A stretch of DNA of 63,934 nt, filler included, from an uncultured Methanosarcinales archaeon (lineage in GTDB: Archaea; Nanobdellota; Nanobdellia; Woesearchaeales; BS150m-G63), in assembly GCA_964630685.1 (NCBI GenBank). It is 4 parts of 4 records of this genome, joined end to end, with 100 filler letters (N's around TTAATTAATTAA, not from the genome) between each part and the next. Parts side by side here need not be neighbours in the genome. Positions count along the whole stretch, not along the records: positions 1 to 8,885 come from CAZVVW010000002.1; 3 more parts are not named here. One strand, 5' to 3'. The position numbers and the translations under genes were made by a program. The notes under the pieces were generated by a model that had not been told where the DNA came from, searched no databases, and saw nothing but the letters and a program-made list of their open reading frames with translations. Every line of letters begins with the position of its first letter. The first letter of the stretch is position 1. Shown here piece after piece: positions 1 through 7,347 of the stretch.

Positions 1-751
1 CTTTGATATCTCTTTCAAGATTTTCTAATTTGGTTACACCAAAACAAGTTGTTGCTATCAATGCTGTAGCAATTAATGCTCCTTTAGCAGTTGTTTTCCA
101 ATCTTTTTTGATTATTTTTTCTAAATCTGAATTATTGATTTGTCTTTTCTTTTTTTCAAGGTACTTTTTTTGTAACCAAGAATTTGATTTTAAAAGTTCA
201 TAATCGATTCCTTTTTGTTCAAAATCCAATAATTCTTTTTCTCCACCAAAATATTTTGTCAAGTAATGACCTCTAGTGGTTGGAGTGATTTTATGTTTAA
301 TATTATGATATTGTTTAGTGTTTATTTTTCCAGAAGAGTATAATTCTATGAGTGTTTCAGCATGTTCTCTTCCAGAGAGCAAATCTCGTTCAAATTTTTT
401 GTATTCTTTTTTTGAAAGTTTGTTTTCATTGGTTGTGAATTTAAAAGAATTAGGATTGATTTTTTGAGTTTTTGATTTAATTGCTGGAGGAATTTTGTAT
501 TCTCGATTACCTTTAGGAATTCCTTCAGCTAAAGGTAGTTGTTTTGAGAATAAAGACAATTCTAATTGATTCTTTGTTTGAGGTGCTTTTGTTTCTTGAG
601 GTTCTTTATTTTGAAGATATTTAACATATTTGAAAATATTATTATCCCAAAATTTACATTCATGATGATCTAGTTCTTTTGAATCTAGCATCTTCTTATA
701 AATTTGTTCCATGTGAGCGATGCTCATGCTATCTAGTTCTTGTTTTTCCAT
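1..751 (-). CDS. Hypothetical protein, 3'-truncated by window edge (~250 aa visible, hydrophobic segment near the visible end)
   Basis: Manual translation from ATG at 751 (MEKQELDSMSIAHMEQ...GALIATALIATTCFGV...) stays open to the window edge; AT-rich promoter-like spacer upstream; absent from the ORF track because it has no stop. Confidence 0.75.
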   Translation of the reverse strand, partial: MEKQELDSMSIAHMEQIYKKMLDSKELDHHECKFWDNNIFKYVKYLQNKEPQETKAPQTKNQLELSLFSKQLPLAEGIPKGNREYKIPPAIKSKTQKINPNSFKFTTNENKLSKKEYKKFERDLLSGREHAETLIELYSSGKINTKQYHNIKHKITPTTRGHYLTKYFGGEKELLDFEQKGIDYELLKSNSWLQKKYLEKKKRQINNSDLEKIIKKDWKTTAKGALIATALIATTCFGVTKLENLERDIK

Positions 752-823
752 TTGATATAGAATTAAGTATTATTTACTACTTAGTAATGAATAGTTTGAT
801 TATTTATAAATCTTTCGTTTTAT

Positions 824-2170
824 TTATTGGATTAGTGTGATAAAGATTGGTGAGTTTGTTAAGGTGATTTCAGAAGAATCTGTTGTTTTTTCTTGTCCTA
901 AGTAGTTTGTTATTTTTACTGTTCCTTTTATTTCAGAGTCTAAAGGGGTTGATTCACTTTTCCAAACAACATAAACTGGATTTTTGTCTTTAAAGAGATA
1001 TTTGTATTGGTTGTTTTTTATTTCTGTTACTTTTGTAAATCCATCTAATTTTTTGATTAATATTTTGTAAGTGTAAAAAGATTGTTTTTTTTCATTTGAT
1101 TCTGTTAATAATCCCGTATGTTCAAATAAGTCGTTTGGGATTTCTTCAAAATCCCAGTCAGATAGAAACCAAAAAATCTTGTTGTATCCATTGTTGAATA
1201 AAATTGTAAAATATTTTATCATATCTTCTGCTTGTTTTTCTTCTGTTGATCCGAGTTCCCATACACCCCATTTAGGATTTAAAGTTGCAGAAGGTAAACC
1301 AGATTCTGTAGAGATTAATTCTTTTCCGGGACAAATTGAGTTCCATTGAGTGTTGTAATTTTTTAATTTTTGAGAGGCTAACCCATTTGGTAAAATATGG
1401 GCATCTATAAAATCAAAATAAGGACAAATTGTTTGAATAGTGCTTTTCCATCCTGTTAATTCATTTAATTCTTTATTGAAACTTATCCCAATTTTGCAAT
1501 CAGGACAGTTTGATTTAATTTTTTCATAAGATGTTTTGACCATGTTCACATAATCTTGTTTTGTACCTTCCCAAAAATCTAAATCAACTTCATTCGCAAC
1601 TTGCCAATATTTTACAGAGGGTAAACCTTTCATTAAATAGTCTAGATATTCTTCATAAATTGTTTTCTCTTGTGGACTATAATCTGTTTTAAAATCAGGT
1701 TGGATTGTTGGACTTTTAGTTGTTGTAAGAATTGTTACAATTAAATTAAGATTTGAGTTGTATGTAGAGATTCCTTGAATCTTTGTTTTATTAGGATATT
1801 TATTGCAATAATAAATGCCTTCTGAACACGAACAATCTGTAAATTCTGTTTCTATACAACAGCTTTTGCAATCCATGATGCTTGAAGGTTTTCCTTTTTT
1901 GATTATAAACCATCCAGGGCTTTCAGATAACTCTTCTCTAACGTAAATATCTCCCAATTCTTTTATGTAAGGTATTGTTTCTTTAGGGTTTTTTCCTGAG
2001 ATATGAATTCCAAAGTGACTCTCTTTGGGAGATTCTTGTTGAGGATTACAGAGAGCTCGTTCTTTTGAGTTTATTTTTTTATCTTGGTTTAAATCACAAG
2101 AATCGTAATTTGAGACACACCCAACTATAAATATGAATAGTAGGACCAAGTAAATTAGATTTTTGTTCAT
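824..2170 (-). CDS. Secreted/lipid-anchored glycoside hydrolase (clan GH-A TIM barrel, GH39/GH5-like)
   Basis: Signal peptide ending FIVGC; YWQVANE acid/base motif, DFIDAH, ISTESG nucleophile motif; small DLNQDKKIN EF-hand/dockerin-like loop. Confidence 0.7.
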   Translation of the reverse strand: MNKNLIYLVLLFIFIVGCVSNYDSCDLNQDKKINSKERALCNPQQESPKESHFGIHISGKNPKETIPYIKELGDIYVREELSESPGWFIIKKGKPSSIMDCKSCCIETEFTDCSCSEGIYYCNKYPNKTKIQGISTYNSNLNLIVTILTTTKSPTIQPDFKTDYSPQEKTIYEEYLDYLMKGLPSVKYWQVANEVDLDFWEGTKQDYVNMVKTSYEKIKSNCPDCKIGISFNKELNELTGWKSTIQTICPYFDFIDAHILPNGLASQKLKNYNTQWNSICPGKELISTESGLPSATLNPKWGVWELGSTEEKQAEDMIKYFTILFNNGYNKIFWFLSDWDFEEIPNDLFEHTGLLTESNEKKQSFYTYKILIKKLDGFTKVTEIKNNQYKYLFKDKNPVYVVWKSESTPLDSEIKGTVKITNYLGQEKTTDSSEITLTNSPIFITLIQ

Positions 2171-2218
2171 TATAAGGTGTTAGGTTAATTGAGTTTATAA
2201 AAATATTCATTGATTAGA

Positions 2219-2551
2219 TTATTTTTTATGTTTAATATTGAATATTTTGTTTAAGTGAGTTTTTACATTATTTTCAAGGTGGGGGTACTCACAATTACTA
2301 CAATCCCAGATTTTTTTAGAAGGTAATTTTTTTGAATAAGTCCATTTTCCATTAGGATTATCAATTAAACAACCACCTTCTTGATTATCTGTGTCGTAGT
2401 TAGGACAATAACATAAAAAACAGTTTAAATTATCCATATCATGACAAGGAATTTTTTGTTTATAACACATACATTCAGCTGGGTGATTGGTGCTTCTAGT
2501 TTCATAGTTATATTCTTTAATTATTTGGTTGATGTGATTTTCAAGATTCAT
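2219..2551 (-). CDS. Cysteine-rich small domain (zinc-finger-like) protein
   Basis: PCHxxxxLNCxxCYCP...GGC...IWDCSNCEYPH pattern; start moved to ATG 2551 (MNLENH) because the longer ORF runs into the repeat region. Confidence 0.7.
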   Translation of the reverse strand: MNLENHINQIIKEYNYETRSTNHPAECMCYKQKIPCHDMDNLNCFLCYCPNYDTDNQEGGCLIDNPNGKWTYSKKLPSKKIWDCSNCEYPHLENNVKTHLNKIFNIKHKK

Positions 2552-2823
2552 TTTTAAAAAATAATCTAATTCCTTAATGTATTTATTTAATTTTGAAAGT
2601 TTAATAATTTTTTGTTTTTTTATTAATTGGGAAGATTCAACATCGCGATAATTGCTGTTAAATACCCCGACGACCAACGGGAGGAGAGTTCAACGTGGTC
2701 GACTGACCGAAGGGAAGGAGAAGTTGAATTCTTACGTTACAGCGATATAGGCGAAGCCGTACGTTCAGTTTAGGGTGTGGCTGTCAGTTTACACATTAGT
2801 TAGTTCTTAGAAAAGGGTCGCCT

Positions 2824-3807
2824 CTACATCTGGATATTTGGGCAGAAATTGTATTTATGAACTTGATAAATACTTAGTGCAGAATAATCTTTTAAGATGT
2901 CATTAAATGTTGTTTTAATGTCCATCATTATTTCTCTAAATTGTTCGGCACTTTCTACTTCTAGATCAATTTCAAATTCCCAAGGTCCAAGAGATTTTAC
3001 AATATAGATGATATTGGGTTTTCTTCTACAATATTCTCTTAATGTTTTCTCTCTTTGTTCTGAAATGTTTCTGAAACCTATCAAAACTTTGTAATGAAGA
3101 AAAGGATATTTTGATTCATTCGGAACGATGTTATAATGTCTTATCACGCCAGATTTTTGTAATTTCCTAATTCTCTCGCCTACTGCGTCAGCACTTAATT
3201 TAATTTCATGGGCAATATCAACAGCTGTATTTCTTGAATTTTCTCCCAACATTAACAGAATTTTCCAATCATATTTATCCATCTTAACTGGAGAAGGGAC
3301 AGCACCAAAAAATGATTCTCTATATGAACTTGCTTGTTTTTTGTGAATAAGATAATCACGAATAAAATAATCTCCTCTGATGATTGTTGCAATTTGTCTA
3401 TCTGCTATATATTCTCCAAATTTTTTATCTAATTCTGTTAATGTTTTGTCAAGAAATTCCATGTTTTTTGCCCATGTGCCAAAAGCTAAATCAAATCTCC
3501 CATCACAACTAGCAATCCAAACAACATTTGGATGATTTTTAAGAAAATCTATCAATTCTTTTTCTTTTCCACTATCAAGATTTTGTAAACGTAAAAAATT
3601 CTTGTGAACTGTAAAACCTAATTTTGAGATGTCAATAACTGAATAGAAGAAAGAAATGATTTTTTCTTTGATTAATCTCTTAATCCGAAATCCGACAACT
3701 TGCTTAGATAATCCTACTTTTTTGGCAATTTCTGAATTGGACTGTCTTGAATTAATATCTAGTTGATAGAGTATTTTCCTGTCTTTTAAGTCCAATTTTA
3801 CTGCCAT
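2824..3807 (-). CDS. Lrp/AsnC-family regulator, tandem-duplicated (2x HTH + RAM)
   Basis: LDLKDRKILYQLDINSRQSNSEIAKKVGLS and a second MDKYDWKILLMLGENSR..IAHEIKLS HTH; GxxD motifs in both RAM domains. Confidence 0.9.
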   Translation of the reverse strand: MAVKLDLKDRKILYQLDINSRQSNSEIAKKVGLSKQVVGFRIKRLIKEKIISFFYSVIDISKLGFTVHKNFLRLQNLDSGKEKELIDFLKNHPNVVWIASCDGRFDLAFGTWAKNMEFLDKTLTELDKKFGEYIADRQIATIIRGDYFIRDYLIHKKQASSYRESFFGAVPSPVKMDKYDWKILLMLGENSRNTAVDIAHEIKLSADAVGERIRKLQKSGVIRHYNIVPNESKYPFLHYKVLIGFRNISEQREKTLREYCRRKPNIIYIVKSLGPWEFEIDLEVESAEQFREIMMDIKTTFNDILKDYSALSIYQVHKYNFCPNIQM

Positions 3808-3908
3808 ATTGTTATTTAATCTTTATTAGTATATAAATTTAGCGATTTTGTAAAAAATATGGCTAATAAGTTTAATATACTCTTAACTACTCTTATGTTA
3901 CTACTAAG

Positions 3909-4913
3909 ATGGAAAGAAAACTAGGAATAACAAAAAAGCTAGAAGACATGGCAGAAGAAGGAGGTTTAGATAGTTCTGTGGCTATGCTAAATCTACCTAG
4001 TGCTAATTATTGTGAAAAAAGAGCAGAAAGAGTTTATGAGGATGGAGGATTACAGCAGTCATGTTATGGTTGTGTTACTCAAGGGATTAAATCAAAAGAT
4101 ATTATTGATATTGATGAAGTAAAAAGAGTTATTGACTTCTTTGCTGAAAATTATGATACTAAGTTTATTACTATCAATGGTCGTGGTGATCCATTTAACC
4201 CTAGATTAAGTGCAGATAATTTAGAAAAGATTCGTTATGCACACGACCAATGGGGAATACAAGCTTATGTTTTTACAGCGGGAAATAATCTTGATGATAG
4301 GACTTGTCAACTATTAGCTGAAAATGAAGCTAATGTGATGATTAGTTTATTTGGAAATAGGTTCATTGATGCAGATTTTTTTAATGGAAAAGAGTACCCT
4401 GCAATGCCTAAACCATTTCAGAACCAAGCACAAATAGCTGAGAATCTTAGAAGGTTAATTGAAACTTACAGAGGAAGTGAAAGACAACCAGAAGAAGGAA
4501 CAACAAGAATTGGAATTAATTATGTTGTCTCTCAGAGTGATTTAGTTGATGGTGGTGCGAAGATTAGGGCATTAAAAAAAGCAGCCAATGATAATGGATT
4601 ATTTTTTGTAGCTAATACTGATTTCCAAAAACGCCCAGATGATGCAGTACAAAAAGCTTTTGAACAAATGGCAAATCAATATACTGATTTTAATTTGAGA
4701 CATAGCACGGCAGTTAATGGTCAGTGTCAGATGGGTGCAGGTTCTTCAGCAACAGTAGATTTTGATGGGACTTTATTACGTTGTCCCTACATGGATTCAT
4801 CTGAAGGTAATGGGAGATTTAATATTTTATCAGGCGAGAGAATTAGAGAAGTAGTTAGTGTTTATATGGCGGATAGATCATTTCCATGCGTGATGAGAAA
4901 ACATCAGAAATAA
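3909..4913 (+). CDS. Radical SAM-like protein with atypical CX16CX2C motif and SPASM/twitch-like C-terminus
   Basis: C-EKRAERVYEDGGLQQS-CYGC; INGRGDPF (GGEP-like); FTAG; C-terminal CxxGxxxxxVDxDGxLxxCP. Confidence 0.7.
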   Translation: MERKLGITKKLEDMAEEGGLDSSVAMLNLPSANYCEKRAERVYEDGGLQQSCYGCVTQGIKSKDIIDIDEVKRVIDFFAENYDTKFITINGRGDPFNPRLSADNLEKIRYAHDQWGIQAYVFTAGNNLDDRTCQLLAENEANVMISLFGNRFIDADFFNGKEYPAMPKPFQNQAQIAENLRRLIETYRGSERQPEEGTTRIGINYVVSQSDLVDGGAKIRALKKAANDNGLFFVANTDFQKRPDDAVQKAFEQMANQYTDFNLRHSTAVNGQCQMGAGSSATVDFDGTLLRCPYMDSSEGNGRFNILSGERIREVVSVYMADRSFPCVMRKHQK

Positions 4914-5032
4914 GAGGCGACCCTGTTTTAGTTATAGTTTTTACATTCTATTGTTGTGACAAGTCACACAAAGCCACACCTGTTTTTATCGTATTAGTAA
5001 GAATTCAATTGTATTTAACATTAGGAAATCCT

Positions 5033-6837
5033 TGTTAAACTCTCCGTTAGGATTGATTTTTAGTGCAACGATGCCGAAGGCAAAAAATCAAAGTCGAATT
5101 TTCACTTATATAATTTAGAGCGTAGCGAGTGTAACTGTCCGAAGGACTAAAGAGTTGGGGGCGTTCAATCTAGCTCGTTAGAGCCTTAAAGAACAAAAGG
5201 ATTGTAAGATGGCATGAATTAAAACCGCTAAGTTTTTATTATACATCAACTTAAGGATAATTATGTTAAATCAACCATTAATTAAATTTAATTTTTTTGA
5301 AGATAGTTTTGAAGAAGAACTAAATAAATTTAAAGATATTATTAAGAATTTAAATAATAGTAATGTTCATTATTCTAGTTTAAAGAATTTTCCCCCTTGC
5401 ATTATTGATAAAATAATATCTAAGGCAGATTCTAATACTCTGTATCTATCAAGATCAAATGCAATTTTGAATAACAATCTTTATTTTGGTGAGAATTTTA
5501 AATCACTAAATCGATTATTCTTAAGATCGCCTTTTATCTCCAATAAATGTAAAAATTGTATTCATTTTAAAAAAAATATTTGTCGAGGTTTATTGAATAA
5601 AAAGTTTTTAGAAAAGAAAGAACAAATTATTAAAAAAATAGGCTTAAAAAGATATAACGCGGTTAAAAGCGACTATGAAAATGGTTTATTTGTTTTTGGC
5701 TCTGTTTGTAATAACTCATGTAGATTTTGTGTCGATAAATTTGCTCCAGAAGAAGTAGTAAAGAAAATTCCATTTTTGTCAGAATATGATATTATTCATT
5801 TTTTACATTATCTATCAAAAAAAATTCAATGGGTTGGGACAAGTTATCATTGTGCAAGTGGAGAATTTTTTGATCATCCTAAATTTTTCAAGATTATGGA
5901 ATTTTTGCCATTTTTTATGTCTTCTAAATCCTGGCTTTTTACTAATTGTATTAGTCTTGATGAAGATATGCTCAAGATAATTAAGAAGAAAAACTTGAAA
6001 TTAATATTTTCTATTCATACTTTAAATGATGACATTAGGAAAAGGATAATGAATTATAAAGAAAATTTTAAAATTAAGGATAAACTAAAATTAGTAGATA
6101 AATACAATATTCGATATGAATGTTGGTTTGTTCCATTAAAATTTCTTATCAAAAGTGGTGATACAGATAATTCATTGAACTATCTCGTTAATTTTACAAA
6201 TACCAGAAAAATATCATTTAGCACTTCTTCTCCTAGCAAATATATTCCAGAAGAGATGAAAAAAGAGCTTTTAGTAGATAATTCATTAGTAAATAAATTA
6301 ATGAGGTATAATCATAAGATTAATTATGTTGATAATGGAGCAAAAGATATTCATAATCATAAAAGTGAAGATAATTCTTTTAAAAAGATTGCTGATCATA
6401 TAAAAAAGATTTGTAATGATAAAGGGTTGTTGGTACTAGCACCGAAAAGATCTTTTGATATTTTTAAAAAGGAATTTAGGAATAATATAAATATTGAGAT
6501 TAGGAAAGTAAATTCTTTTTTAGGTGAGAATATCGATATTTCAGGAGTTCTTACAGTAAAAGATTATGTTGAAGTAATTCAAAAAAGTAATCCTGGATAT
6601 GATTATATTATTATTCCCAAAAATTCTTTTGATATCAATCTAGATGATTTTATGCTTAATAGTATTAATGAGATCTACCATTATAAAAATAAACCATTGA
6701 TATTACTTTGATTTCTTGACTTTTGAATCTAATAAATTCGACCGAAGGGAGTGTATATGTGCGAAGCACCGCCCCCAACTCTTTTTTTGGTTCTTTTTTT
6801 AAAAGAACATTTAATGAAAATTCGATTGAGTTTAACA
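5033..6837. mobile_element. Putative gene cassette 2 bounded by three nested inverted-repeat pairs (radical SAM cargo)
   Basis: TGTTAAACTC 5033/GAGTTTAACA 6828; TCGAATTTTCA 5094/TGAAAATTCGA 6815; AAAGAGTTGGGGGCG 5149/CGCCCCCAACTCTTT 6770. Confidence 0.6.
5263..6711 (+). CDS. Radical SAM Fe-S protein with DUF512-like C-terminal domain
   Basis: CNNSCRFC motif, SGEFF, extra CKNC..C cluster; C-terminal NSFLGENIDISGVLTVKD...IIIPKNSFD resembles DUF512. Confidence 0.7.
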   Translation: MLNQPLIKFNFFEDSFEEELNKFKDIIKNLNNSNVHYSSLKNFPPCIIDKIISKADSNTLYLSRSNAILNNNLYFGENFKSLNRLFLRSPFISNKCKNCIHFKKNICRGLLNKKFLEKKEQIIKKIGLKRYNAVKSDYENGLFVFGSVCNNSCRFCVDKFAPEEVVKKIPFLSEYDIIHFLHYLSKKIQWVGTSYHCASGEFFDHPKFFKIMEFLPFFMSSKSWLFTNCISLDEDMLKIIKKKNLKLIFSIHTLNDDIRKRIMNYKENFKIKDKLKLVDKYNIRYECWFVPLKFLIKSGDTDNSLNYLVNFTNTRKISFSTSSPSKYIPEEMKKELLVDNSLVNKLMRYNHKINYVDNGAKDIHNHKSEDNSFKKIADHIKKICNDKGLLVLAPKRSFDIFKKEFRNNINIEIRKVNSFLGENIDISGVLTVKDYVEVIQKSNPGYDYIIIPKNSFDINLDDFMLNSINEIYHYKNKPLILL

Positions 6838-6946
6838 TCGGGCCCTGTTATATTCGTTTCCCATACGAAGTGTGGGAAACCTGCGTCCGCAGAGTTTTTG
6901 GATTACTAATCAATTCGACCGTAGGGAGACTATATGTCCGAAGGAC
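6729..6946 (+). repeat. 41-bp direct repeat pair (6729-6769, 6906-6946) forming double hairpins; third degenerate copy at 5118-5147
   Basis: 35/41 identical; differences include a compensatory stem change (GTGC-GAA-GCAC vs GTCC-GAA-GGAC). Confidence 0.85.
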
Positions 6947-7175
6947 TGGGGAGTCTAGTTCCTTCTAAAGAGCGAATGCGATACATCAAGAACAAGAATC
7001 AAGGGGGAGTTCTTTTTATCAAAGCCGAAGGCTCTTTTAGTTAGTACATTTAGGGGAGTTCCGTTCAATACAAGCGAACACAGTGAGCCTTCAAGAACAA
7101 GAAGAGAGGGGCGTTCAATTTTTACCGAAACTAGATATTTATCACTAAGTAGTAGTTATTAAACGAAACATTTAA

Positions 7176-7198
7176 AAAGTAGTAAATTTTACTACTTT
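7176..7198. promoter_or_regulatory. Palindromic operator overlapping the promoter of the RHH gene
   Basis: AAAGTAGTAAA-T-TTTACTACTTT perfect inverted repeat next to a TTTAAA TATA-like box; extra AAGTAGTA half-site at 7147. Confidence 0.55.
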
Positions 7199-7203
7199 AT
7201 AGT

Positions 7204-7347
7204 ATGAAAATTAAAGTTAGTGTTTCAATAGAAAAGGAATTACATGAAAAGGTGAAGGATAAAGTAGCCGTAAGTATATTCAGAAATACTAGCCATCTTG
7301 TAGAGCATGCTGTTGAATTATTCTTAAAGGAGGCTCAAAATGAGTAA
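7204..7347 (+). CDS. Small ribbon-helix-helix (CopG/Arc/MetJ-like) regulator, 47 aa
   Basis: Manual translation MKIKVSVSIEKELHEKVKDKVAVSIFRNTSHLVEHAVELFLKEAQNE; beta-strand then helix-NxS-helix pattern; overlaps next start codon. Confidence 0.8.
   Translation: MKIKVSVSIEKELHEKVKDKVAVSIFRNTSHLVEHAVELFLKEAQNE

Larger units (their letters stand above)
2656..5020. mobile_element. Putative gene cassette 1 bounded by four nested inverted-repeat pairs (Lrp regulator + radical SAM cargo)
   Basis: TGTTAAATAC 2656/GTATTTAACA 5011; TTGAATTCTTAC 2724/GTAAGAATTCAA 4997; GGTGTGGCT 2774/AGCCACACC 4972; AGGGTCGCCTCT 2814/AGAGGCGACCCT 4913. The repeats are seen directly; mobility is inferred. Confidence 0.6.

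Noticed and set aside
2552..2677. N-terminal extension of the Cys-rich ORF
   Set aside because: Runs through AT-rich promoter DNA and junction J1; ATG 2551 is the more plausible start.
2635..6853. Canonical integron or IS/composite transposon
   Set aside because: No integrase or transposase, no target-site duplication seen, and junctions are too short and lack L boxes; reported instead as a non-canonical system.
6723..6968. 81-aa ORF with an internal repeat
   Set aside because: It is a translation of the 41-bp structured DNA repeats; TTG start, no RBS.
6729..7120. Possible CRISPR array
   Set aside because: Repeats are few, degenerate and irregularly spaced; no cas genes.
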